A stretch of DNA of 32,000 nucleotides from Candidatus Harpocratesius repetitus (lineage in GTDB: Archaea; Asgardarchaeota; Lokiarchaeia; Sigyniarchaeales; Promethearchaeaceae): NCBI GenBank assembly GCA_021498095.1, contig JAIZWK010000001.1, positions 1,080,001 through 1,112,000 of the forward strand, given 5' to 3'. The notes beneath the pieces were generated by a model. That model was not told the origin of the DNA. It searched no databases and was given only the letters and a program-made list of their open reading frames with translations. Positions 1 through 9,102 of the stretch are shown one piece after another. Every line of letters starts with the position of its first letter. The stretch's first letter is position 1. A program made the position numbers and the translations under genes.

Positions 1-2685
1 TAATTCAGTTAATGAGCAATATTTTTCAACTTCTTCAGATACATCATAGGTTATAATTAAAGTCTGAGTAATTACGTAGTATATAGCACAAAATTCTAAA
101 AAATGATGTGATTTCCAATTTGATTCTAATTTCTTCATTTTATGGGCTTTCAACCAATTTTTCATTATAGGTACACTACCAATCTTGAAATTCCATAAAT
201 TTAATGGAAGTTGTATGCTAATTTGCCTTTTTTTTGAAATGTTTTTTTTAATGAAGAAAAGATTTAACTGTTGCTGAACAGGTTCATAACGAAATGAATG
301 CAAAAAACGTTCCTCGGGGAGTTTATAGAAAAATTTTGCGAGTAATTCTTTTATTGCTTGAAGGTCTTGAGCAGTAAAATTACCAATATGAAGATCTTTG
401 CATCTTTTACCCGAGATAGCTATTAATTTTATCAGCTTTTCTGATTTAGGATGAGGGATTATTAAGATTTTCGGATATTCGTGCAGTAGAAATGGCAAGA
501 AGTGTTTTCCATAATAATCAGACAGAAGTAATCCATATATAAAATTCAATATTGTATCCAAATTTATATTCGGGATTATATATTTGAATTTTGAAACAAT
601 TTCATCTTTTAAGTTTGACTTTCCATCGATATACCAAGGTGCGACCTTTGATGTTGAATATCCAAATAATCCTGAGTCTACCATGCCATACGTTATCCAA
701 AAATGTCTAAAAGGTGGTTTTTGAACGGATTGGACAAAATTAAATGCTAATTTTTCTTGATCCACAAGGTTTTCAAAGTATTCTGAATGTTTTGTCTTTT
801 TCTTTTTACTATATGACAATTCTTGAAATCTCTCTGACCAAAATATTTTTTCAGAAAAAATGTGATCTAAAGTAATTGATTTACCGCATCTTCGGTTTAT
901 TGTGTAAAAAATCGTTGACCTTATATCTAAAGGGCGATAATTTATGGGAGAAATACTCTCTTTCATCTGAGTAAAATTAAAAGATTGGAGCGTTGATTCG
1001 TTTTCTAATAGTGGGTCAAATGCTTTTCGAATTCGTCCTAATTTACGTAACTTTGAAAAATCCTTCTGTTTGAGAAGTCGAATATTTTCTTGAAGTTTTT
1101 TAGCATCTGAGTGCACCATAAATCGATCTCGTGATGATATCATTGCTCGATTTGATTTGAAAAAGCATTCTGGAAGAGAAATACCGAATTGATTCCATAA
1201 ATGTTTGAAATTTAACGGAATATCAATGGGTATATATAAGAATTTTGGAGGGGTTAAATCAAATTCTTGGAAAGTTAAGGATTGGAATCCATTATGAAGA
1301 TGTTTTTTAATTTTTTGAATGGAACCTGTAAGCATTAAGTAATTTACTTTACTGGTATTCATGTTTTGACTGAAATTAGATTTTTTAATTCTTTGATTAC
1401 TTTTTTCTTTTTTTCTTGTTTTACAAAAAAAACTTATGCACACACCAGTCTTAATATTAAAAATGTTGGTATTTCCTTCATTTGAGCCATTTTTTGGGTT
1501 TCGTACATCTCCAAACAGATCAATTATATATATTTTATCAAATGAATTTGCCATTGCTTGACGAAATCCATAGAAAATCTTACCATCTAAAAATTTCCTA
1601 TTAGAAATGAAAGCAATTATTCCCAATCCATGTTGTTCCAACAACCAATCACTATATCTAAAGAATTTTACGTAATCATCATACAATCTGGTTAAATTTG
1701 GTTCTGGAACCGCGTATTTCTGCATTAGTTCTGTTATCCAACCTTCTTTATTGGCACTCGAAACCGAATATGGGGGATTTCCAACTATTATTAAAGGAAT
1801 TGTGTCAGATGTGTAATCTTCTCGAAACAATTTTAAGTTGATTGGCTCTAAAGCAGAATTGAATGAAATTTTTAAAATTTGGTTTAATTCCTTAATTTTA
1901 TACAATGACTTTAGATATTCAGTCAATATCATGCCAACGAAATAGATTTCTGGTTTAATCTCATTTCCATACATTTTTATATTTATTTGAGGTGAATTAA
2001 TGCCTTTATTATATGAATTTAGCCTTTGCATGAATCCAATTTCAAAACTTAGTGGACCAACGGCAGGATCATAATAAATGTAGTTTGATGAAGCTAAGCC
2101 TTCTGGTAGAGCGAATAGTTTCTTTAACAATGAATCAATTGTGTCAAGAATAAACAAAACAATAAATGCTGGAGTGAAGATTATTCCTAATTGTTGTCTA
2201 TGTTGACGATCATATTCTTTTAAAAAAGGGATGTATATCTCATTAAGAATAAGTTCTGATAATTTTGTAATAGATATTTTTTGCAAGTTAGAAAATATGC
2301 TATTATTCTTATTTTTTGTATTAGTATCTTTATTAAGAATAAAAGAAATAATTGGAAATTCATTAAGTTTGTCTATAAATTGTTTCTTTTTTTGTATAAT
2401 TTGTGTATATCCTTGATTTTTACACCAAGTTTCAAATTGGATAAGAAATTTCGATAATTTATCTGATTCAAGATAGAGTGAATTGTTTAATATAGAAATA
2501 AAAGGAATTATATGAGCAAAAATTTTTGGAAACTGAGATTTCTCGCATTTCGTCAATTCTATAAATGGAAAGATTTTGATCAATTGAATAATGGGTGAGT
2601 CATCTGATTTTGATATTATATCATGAATGACTTGGTCAATACTCTCTGCATATTCAATAACGATATGCAAAAGTTTTTTTTCCAT
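1..2685 (-). CDS. Type ISP-like N6-adenine DNA methyltransferase with C-terminal specificity domain; 3' end lies beyond the window (>=895 aa)
   Basis: Translated by hand: ATG at 2685 (in-frame TAA two codons upstream), no stop down to base 1. Motifs: EYDRQHRQQLGIIFTP, motif I-like YDPAVGPLSF (DPAVG at 2056-2070), motif IV IVGNPPYSVSS (NPPY at 1768-1779), LYDDYVKFFR, NIFNIKTGVCI, YRPLD and C-terminal LWNFKIGSVPIMKNWLK, all typical of type ISP MTase-TRD regions. Not in the ORF track, presumably because it has no stop in the window. Confidence 0.85.
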   Translation of the reverse strand, partial: MEKKLLHIVIEYAESIDQVIHDIISKSDDSPIIQLIKIFPFIELTKCEKSQFPKIFAHIIPFISILNNSLYLESDKLSKFLIQFETWCKNQGYTQIIQKKKQFIDKLNEFPIISFILNKDTNTKNKNNSIFSNLQKISITKLSELILNEIYIPFLKEYDRQHRQQLGIIFTPAFIVLFILDTIDSLLKKLFALPEGLASSNYIYYDPAVGPLSFEIGFMQRLNSYNKGINSPQINIKMYGNEIKPEIYFVGMILTEYLKSLYKIKELNQILKISFNSALEPINLKLFREDYTSDTIPLIIVGNPPYSVSSANKEGWITELMQKYAVPEPNLTRLYDDYVKFFRYSDWLLEQHGLGIIAFISNRKFLDGKIFYGFRQAMANSFDKIYIIDLFGDVRNPKNGSNEGNTNIFNIKTGVCISFFCKTRKKEKSNQRIKKSNFSQNMNTSKVNYLMLTGSIQKIKKHLHNGFQSLTFQEFDLTPPKFLYIPIDIPLNFKHLWNQFGISLPECFFKSNRAMISSRDRFMVHSDAKKLQENIRLLKQKDFSKLRKLGRIRKAFDPLLENESTLQSFNFTQMKESISPINYRPLDIRSTIFYTINRRCGKSITLDHIFSEKIFWSERFQELSYSKKKKTKHSEYFENLVDQEKLAFNFVQSVQKPPFRHFWITYGMVDSGLFGYSTSKVAPWYIDGKSNLKDEIVSKFKYIIPNINLDTILNFIYGLLLSDYYGKHFLPFLLHEYPKILIIPHPKSEKLIKLIAISGKRCKDLHIGNFTAQDLQAIKELLAKFFYKLPEERFLHSFRYEPVQQQLNLFFIKKNISKKRQISIQLPLNLWNFKIGSVPIMKNWLKAHKMKKLESNWKSHHFLEFCAIYYVITQTLIITYDVSEEVEKYCSLTEL

Positions 2686-2822
2686 TACTTATTTTTAAGA
2701 ATATCAAGAATTTAAAATTTAATGAACATATGGGCAAAATGATCAAATTTTAAGGTATATATGAGAAATTTTGCTTGAGTAATCAAGATACTATAATGCA
2801 TTGATGATTATTGGTTGGAATT

Positions 2823-5219
2823 ATGGAAGAATTTAAGAATATCTGGCATGAATGGCAGGAACACTTCCAAATTTCATCTTCTCTATCTGAATATGAAGAT
2901 AGTGCGAATAATCGCTCCTTTAGATTTTTCTTAATAATTATTATACTATTAAAGGTAGAAATTATTTCATATAAAAATAAGAAAATCTTGTCGAATGCTG
3001 CTTATTTACTTCACACTTTTCAAGAACTTTTAAAACAATTGGGTGGAGATCCATCAGATTTTCGTGATCTACTTTATCCTCTTATAACAAGTAAAAAAAA
3101 AGTGGATAATCTTGAGAACTCTGAAAAATTTGAAAAATCTGAAAAATCTGAAAAATCGGAAAAATTTGATGAATTGCATATTTTTTATCAAAAACTCCAA
3201 CAACAGGTAAAAAAAAATAGTCTACACGCGCTTTTTTCATACTATTATCAATGTTTTTTGGAAGATCGCCATAATCAAGGTAATTTCTTTACTCCTTCTT
3301 GGCTGGTTAATTTTCATTTAAAACAACTTGTCAATATTATTAGTCAACATTATGGAAAATCGACTCAAACCTTGAAAATAGCCGATATTTCATGTGGGAC
3401 GGGTATTTTTTTACTCGAATCTTGTTCTTATTTTTCTTCTCATGAAATTTACGGCTTTGATCTCGATCCACTTGCTGTCGAACTTTGCCGCTTAAATTTA
3501 CTATTAAAGCAAAAATCTTTTCTTATTCAAGATTGCTCGAAATTGGGACAAGAACCTCAGATATCTTCCAAATCTAATCGTTCTTCGAATTTTCGATCTT
3601 GGAAAATATCATGTCAAGACTCAATTAAGCATCCGATCATTCCCAAAAAATTTCATCTTTTAATTGGAAATCCTCCTTGGGGTATTTCATTAGAACCTTA
3701 CAAGCATTTGTTCTCTCTTCATTTTCCATTTCTCCTTAGGAATTCTAAAAAATCTTCTAAAAATATAACTTATTCTAAATTTTCGAATAATCGACATAAA
3801 ATCTCTTCCTATTTTATTCGAGAGCAGGTGGATAGTGCAGCTTTATTTTTATGTCGAAATTTACAGTTGTTAATTAAAGATGGGATTTGTTCACTTATTT
3901 TACCTAGTAATCTTCTGTTAAATCCGAGTTATGAAGCTTTTCGCGCCAATATTCTCAGTCATTATTCATTACTGCAGATTTGTTATTTGGGTGAAAATAT
4001 CTTTCCAGAAGTCACTCTTCCTTCGATGATCCTTACGATTCAAAACAGAAAAGTGTCATCTAATCATATGATTGAAATTATTCAAATTGAAGCACCTAAC
4101 TTTTCTTCGCCCAATTTGGATGAATTACAACCTAAAATTCTGCAAAAATATCTAATATCACAATATTCATTTCAAAATAATCCTTTTTCAAACTTTACCA
4201 TCTTTCTTCATTCTCAAAATTATGAAATTATTAGAAAAATTCAACAAAATAGTATTTATCGTGTTGGTGATTTTCTGAAAAATAGCAGAGGTGTCGAATT
4301 GGGTAAAAAAGGAAAAATTTGTCAATGCCCTCACTGTTCTAAATGGAATCCACTTCCTTTATTTTTAAAACGCGCTAAAAATGGTCAACAAACTGCTAGA
4401 TGTAACAATTGCGGCAAATATTACAGAAAAGATCAAATAAGAAAACATAAACAAATAATTTTTCAAATAGATACTAAAAATTCAGACAAATTCCTTACTG
4501 ATTCCAAGCATCCGGTTCGACCCTTATTGGTTGGAGAATCAATTGGAAAATTTTTTCTGCAATTAAATCATAAAATTATATTAGGATACCCCGGTATAAA
4601 ATATAAATCTACTGAAATTTACAAACCACCTAAAATTCTCTTGCGTAAAACTGGTCGTGGAATTATTGGGGCAATTGACTATAAATCTCGTTATACATTG
4701 CAGGTTGTATACCAATTTATACAGAAATCTAATCTTTTTAATAAAAAGAAATCAATCTATTCTAATCAATTAGTCAATAATCAATCTATATCTCATAATC
4801 TTTCAATTCTTTCTGAATTTTCAGATAAGAAACCATTATCTACAAGAAAATCTAACTTTCCACCATTTACCTTAGAATTTCTATTCGCAATTATTACTTC
4901 TAAGATGATGGAATTTTATTATTTTAATGTATTTGCAAATCCAAAGAAAAAAGCATTTCCTCATTTACTGCAAGCAAATATCCTTGCATTACCTATCCCT
5001 TTCATTGATTTAAATGATCCTAAATCTAAATTCACCCAGTTATATCACCAAATTGTTTCATCTGTTCGCCAACTTAATTTTAAATGGATAAATCAAATAA
5101 ACTTAAATGTTAAAGAATCCTCTCAAAAAGATCTTATCGATTCAATAAATGATGCAGTGATGAAGATTTATGGTCTGAATTCGCATGATCAAGAAATAAT
5201 TCGTTCATTTAAAATATAG
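2823..5219 (+). CDS. N6-adenine DNA methyltransferase (Eco57I/TaqI-like MTase plus target-recognition domain)
   Basis: GNFFTP, motif I DISCGTGIF, YGFDLD, motif IV variant GNPPWG, and TaqI-C-like PKILLRKTG. The ORF track starts at TTG 2811; the first ATG is 2823. Confidence 0.85.
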   Translation: MEEFKNIWHEWQEHFQISSSLSEYEDSANNRSFRFFLIIIILLKVEIISYKNKKILSNAAYLLHTFQELLKQLGGDPSDFRDLLYPLITSKKKVDNLENSEKFEKSEKSEKSEKFDELHIFYQKLQQQVKKNSLHALFSYYYQCFLEDRHNQGNFFTPSWLVNFHLKQLVNIISQHYGKSTQTLKIADISCGTGIFLLESCSYFSSHEIYGFDLDPLAVELCRLNLLLKQKSFLIQDCSKLGQEPQISSKSNRSSNFRSWKISCQDSIKHPIIPKKFHLLIGNPPWGISLEPYKHLFSLHFPFLLRNSKKSSKNITYSKFSNNRHKISSYFIREQVDSAALFLCRNLQLLIKDGICSLILPSNLLLNPSYEAFRANILSHYSLLQICYLGENIFPEVTLPSMILTIQNRKVSSNHMIEIIQIEAPNFSSPNLDELQPKILQKYLISQYSFQNNPFSNFTIFLHSQNYEIIRKIQQNSIYRVGDFLKNSRGVELGKKGKICQCPHCSKWNPLPLFLKRAKNGQQTARCNNCGKYYRKDQIRKHKQIIFQIDTKNSDKFLTDSKHPVRPLLVGESIGKFFLQLNHKIILGYPGIKYKSTEIYKPPKILLRKTGRGIIGAIDYKSRYTLQVVYQFIQKSNLFNKKKSIYSNQLVNNQSISHNLSILSEFSDKKPLSTRKSNFPPFTLEFLFAIITSKMMEFYYFNVFANPKKKAFPHLLQANILALPIPFIDLNDPKSKFTQLYHQIVSSVRQLNFKWINQINLNVKESSQKDLIDSINDAVMKIYGLNSHDQEIIRSFKI
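3120..3169 (+). repeat. In-frame 9-bp tandem repeat (TCTGAAAAA-like, about 5.5 copies) encoding SEKFEKSEKSEKSEKF
   Basis: Read directly: tctgaaaaa tttgaaaaa tctgaaaaa tctgaaaaa tcggaaaaa tttga. Confidence 0.85.
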
Positions 5220-5315
5220 ATCAACTAGATTTAAAATAATTAAAATTCATATAAATAAGATTGGAAAAAAGAATCGAAAAAAGCTGTGATAGTTCAAAAA
5301 CTGAAATTTTCTGTT

Positions 5316-5567
5316 TTAATACCCGCCAGCTTGTGTTGCCATGACTGTTACAATATCAGTCTTGGGATTTAACCCAATTTTCGAGAATTTAATATCATTT
5401 GCCAAAACTTTACCTTTGAAAATGAATTGGATGGCTAAAATTGGGTTCAACTTATATTCTTTTTGCACAATTTTCTTAATTTCTGCTACATTCTTACTTT
5501 GATCAACATCAATTAATTTAATGGCTTGATCAGGTGGTACTCCGGTTAAACGAAATCGCAGTTTCAT
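5316..5567 (-). CDS. Ubiquitin-like protein precursor (ends Gly-Gly-Tyr)
   Basis: 83 aa with a beta-grasp-like pattern. IQFIFKGKVL aligns to ubiquitin QRLIFAGKQL, and the C-terminus is AGGY*. Confidence 0.85.
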   Translation of the reverse strand: MKLRFRLTGVPPDQAIKLIDVDQSKNVAEIKKIVQKEYKLNPILAIQFIFKGKVLANDIKFSKIGLNPKTDIVTVMATQAGGY

Positions 5568-5703
5568 GTTAAAATATGAGGCTTTGGTTACTTAAATTTT
5601 TTTGCTTCGCTTTTGGCGAAATTCAAAGCGTACTAATGCTTTAGTAAAAGAATTGAAAAATTTAATTTTCCACCTATAATAGTTTTCTCCAAGGTTATCT
5701 GAT

Positions 5704-7869
5704 ATGAAAATAAAATTAATTGATGGATATGAAAAGATTGCAGCGGGAGAGGTTATTGAAAGACCTGCTTCTGTAGTGAAAGAGCTCGTTGAAAATGCCA
5801 TCGATGCGGGTGCTTCAGAGATTTTTATTTCCATAAAGAATGCTGGTAAAGATCTCATTCAAATTATTGATAATGGGAGTGGAATTGAAGCGGATGATCT
5901 TGAAATTGCTTTTCATCGACATACATCATCAAAAATCGAAACTGCAGATCAATTAGATTCAATCGGAACCTTAGGATTTCGAGGGGAAGCTTTAGCAAGT
6001 ATTGCAGCAGTTTCACAGATAGAAATCACTTCGCGCCCTGCCACTCAAGAAAATGGAATGCGATTGCAGATGGAAGCAGGAAAAGTGCTTTCAAAAATTC
6101 CATGTGGTGCACCTGTTGGAACAGAGATAAAAATTAAGAATCTATTTTTTAACTTACCCGTCAGAAAGAAATTTATGCGCTCCAATAGGGTAGAACTTGG
6201 TCATATTACAGATATTGTAACCCGTTATGCTCTTGCTTACCCATTAATTCATTTTAAATTAGATCATAATAATCTTACTCTTTTAAATTCTCCACACTGG
6301 AGGGGAAAAGTAAAAAAAAGAACTCCAAATCAAGTAGATGTTTCAATTCCTGATCAAAATCTAATAGATATTTATGGTTATAGTATACAAACAATATATG
6401 GTAAGAAAATACAATCCCGCCTTATCCCAATTGATATTGTTGGAGATAATTATCACATTTTTGGATTTGTTGGGCATCCTGAAATTGCACGCTCAGATAA
6501 AGGGGCTTCTTCATTATTTGTTAATCATCGCTTCGTAATCAGCAAGGAATTTTATACAATGTTGGCAGATATTTATAAAGATTATTTGATGCGCCACAAG
6601 TATCCTTTTTTCATTCTATTTCTAGAAACTCCCCCAGAAAATGTTGACTGTAACGTTCATCCCACGAAAAAAATAGTAAAATTTGTTAATCCTTCCCAGT
6701 TTTTTTCACTAATCCAAGCATCCATAGGGAAAGTAATAAAAGACCATCTACAACAAGCATACAGGGATGTAAATGCATCTAGCAAGAAAAAACCTTCTTT
6801 ATCAGAAACAGCAATGGATTATTGGACACCAAGTTCAGTAAATTCAAGTGATTCAAGTGTTTCAATTAATTCAACTAAGATTAATGCTTCAAGTATATCT
6901 ACTGACTTAAATGTATCTACGGGTTCAAAAAGTTCTAAATCTTCTAATTATTCCCGATCTTCGAGGTATATAAATAATAATGATGATATAGGTGAAAAAA
7001 CTCCAAATATTTCAAAAAGAAAATCACAACCACCACAGCAAACCCATTTTATCTCTCCCTTAAAAAGAAAAAATGAAATACTTAAGCAAAAAATTGCAGA
7101 AAATAAAAGCTCATTTGTTGATCTATCAAGAGTATACAAAAAAATCGATAAATCTGGAGATCTCGATGATAAAATACGCACCTTAAAAGAGGGAAATATA
7201 GTTCAAGATGAATCAGCATTTTCTTCCCAAATAAAGCCTGCTTTTTCTGAATTACCATATATTGCGGTCAAAAATCTTCCAACACTCTTTAAGTTAAACA
7301 GCGGAATTCAAGCTGGAAAAAATTATTTAGTTTTTCAAAATGAAGATTCTTTGATTTTAATTGATCAACATGCTGCACACGAGCGAATTAATTATGAACG
7401 CGTTCAAAGATGGCAGAATTTGGATCAAGTCCCTATTCAACGCTTAATTCTCCCCATTCAAATTGAAGTGGCACCTAATGAAGTAGATTTTGTCAAAGCG
7501 GTACTTTCAGATATGAAAAAGTATGGATTCGAAATGGATTTCTTTGGAGGCAATACTTTTTTACTCCGTACAATTCCTGCAATTTTACAACCAAAACATT
7601 TGAATCCCCAACTTATTATAGATCTTTGCTTAGAAATTATTCAAATGGGGAGAGAAAAATCGTTCTCTGAAATAAAACGGGAGATATTACAGTACATTGG
7701 CTGTCATCAAAGTGTACGAGCTGGAGATGAAATCTGGGATGAAGTAAAAATAAAAAAAATAATCAAAGAATTGGATTCATGTGAAAATCCTCATCATTGT
7801 GCACATGGACGTCCAACATACATTAAGATCCCATACAAAGATATTGATAAATGGTTTCACCGCACTTAA
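5704..7869 (+). CDS. mutL: DNA mismatch repair endonuclease MutL
   Basis: GHKL motifs IAAGEVIERPASVVKELVENAIDAGA, DNGSGI and TLGFRGEALASI; Ser-rich linker; C-terminal endonuclease motifs DQHAAHERINYE, GCHQS and CAHGRP. Confidence 0.97.
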   Translation: MKIKLIDGYEKIAAGEVIERPASVVKELVENAIDAGASEIFISIKNAGKDLIQIIDNGSGIEADDLEIAFHRHTSSKIETADQLDSIGTLGFRGEALASIAAVSQIEITSRPATQENGMRLQMEAGKVLSKIPCGAPVGTEIKIKNLFFNLPVRKKFMRSNRVELGHITDIVTRYALAYPLIHFKLDHNNLTLLNSPHWRGKVKKRTPNQVDVSIPDQNLIDIYGYSIQTIYGKKIQSRLIPIDIVGDNYHIFGFVGHPEIARSDKGASSLFVNHRFVISKEFYTMLADIYKDYLMRHKYPFFILFLETPPENVDCNVHPTKKIVKFVNPSQFFSLIQASIGKVIKDHLQQAYRDVNASSKKKPSLSETAMDYWTPSSVNSSDSSVSINSTKINASSISTDLNVSTGSKSSKSSNYSRSSRYINNNDDIGEKTPNISKRKSQPPQQTHFISPLKRKNEILKQKIAENKSSFVDLSRVYKKIDKSGDLDDKIRTLKEGNIVQDESAFSSQIKPAFSELPYIAVKNLPTLFKLNSGIQAGKNYLVFQNEDSLILIDQHAAHERINYERVQRWQNLDQVPIQRLILPIQIEVAPNEVDFVKAVLSDMKKYGFEMDFFGGNTFLLRTIPAILQPKHLNPQLIIDLCLEIIQMGREKSFSEIKREILQYIGCHQSVRAGDEIWDEVKIKKIIKELDSCENPHHCAHGRPTYIKIPYKDIDKWFHRT

Positions 7870-7894
7870 AAAAACAAATGCTTAATAGAAACGC

Positions 7895-9004
7895 TTAAGA
7901 AAGTAAATTTTGCATAATAATTTTTGAACTGCGGTGTTTTTGCCAAAGGGTTAGAAAATTTTTGAGAGATTCATCACTTTGAAAAATCTTTGCTCGAAAT
8001 TCGCGCTTTTTTCGTAATACAGTTAAAAAAGCCCCATTTAAACGATTTTGATATATATCTCCCATTTTTTCTTCTTTCCCCTTTTTCTCACAATAATGAA
8101 TAGTTTTTATGGCTATTTCTGCGGACATCATCGCATATGGTATCCCCTTACCGCTAATAGGATCTACAAAACCAGCGACGTCTCCCACGGCAAATACTGA
8201 ATCTCTATAGACAGATGATCGAGTTCCAACGGGAATTAAATGCGGTGTAAATCGTATTTTTTTAGTACTTGAGAGTGCCTGTTTAGTGAAGGGAAGATTG
8301 ATGAATTTTTGAAATTCTTTGCGTGAATTTTTAATTTTAGTGAGATTATTGCCCCAACCGACAGTGATCACCTTATTCTTGGGAAATAACCAAGCATATC
8401 CTAAGGGGATGAAATTTTGAATACCGAAAAAGAGATGTACTTCTTCTTTTCCCAATGAACTTTCAATTTTTTGTGGAGTTGATTCCATTTCTTGAGTAAT
8501 TGTTAGAACTAAATCATTGGGAGAAAAATTTGGCCAATCCAAAAAATGAAGGGTTGATGAGGTAACTCCATCTGCTGCGATTACATATTTCGCTACTATA
8601 TGTTGGTGAGGGGTTCGAATGATGTAATGATTATCCACTTTCTGGATAAATTGAAGAGGTTCATTAGAAAATAATGCTGAGCCACTTGCTAATGCCATTT
8701 TGGTGATAAAGAAATCTAACTTATTGCGCCATAATACTGCTCCTTTTCCTTTTTTTGTAAATATACTACCATCAATATGGTGAAGAATAAGATTCTCAAT
8801 AATTCGATCTATTTGATCTTCTGGATAATGGAGTTTTTCAATTAACTCCCACGCAACTGCACCACCGCATGCTTTATATCTCCCATTTTGAGAAAGATTT
8901 TCCTTTTCCAGAATTACGGTTGAATATCCTTTATCTGCAGCAACTTTAGCGGCAATCGACCCTCCAGGTCCTGCCCCTATTACTGCTATATCAAAATCTT
9001 GCAT
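7895..9004 (-). CDS. Geranylgeranyl reductase family FAD-dependent oxidoreductase
   Basis: GAGPGGS Rossmann motif, KACGG, AADG, YAWLFP and VGDVAGFVDPISGKGI. Confidence 0.9.
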   Translation of the reverse strand: MQDFDIAVIGAGPGGSIAAKVAADKGYSTVILEKENLSQNGRYKACGGAVAWELIEKLHYPEDQIDRIIENLILHHIDGSIFTKKGKGAVLWRNKLDFFITKMALASGSALFSNEPLQFIQKVDNHYIIRTPHQHIVAKYVIAADGVTSSTLHFLDWPNFSPNDLVLTITQEMESTPQKIESSLGKEEVHLFFGIQNFIPLGYAWLFPKNKVITVGWGNNLTKIKNSRKEFQKFINLPFTKQALSSTKKIRFTPHLIPVGTRSSVYRDSVFAVGDVAGFVDPISGKGIPYAMMSAEIAIKTIHYCEKKGKEEKMGDIYQNRLNGAFLTVLRKKREFRAKIFQSDESLKNFLTLWQKHRSSKIIMQNLLS

Positions 9005-9102
9005 TGCTTAAAGATTAGAATAATGTAAAAAAAAGTTCTTCTTTATTTTTAATGAGTGTGAGTTGTCGGTTAGCTTAAATCGATGGATTTTGTTCAAATC
9101 GC

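Noticed and set aside
2231-2416. 61-aa plus-strand ORF
   Set aside because: Antisense shadow of the long minus-strand methyltransferase at 1..2685.
3090-3220. Poly-A runs in the methyltransferase as phase-variation switches
   Set aside because: Runs of 8-9 A/T are common throughout this AT-rich window, and the frame is intact.
5592-7181. Minus-strand ORFs 5592..5858 and 6948..7181
   Set aside because: Antisense to mutL, with no motifs.
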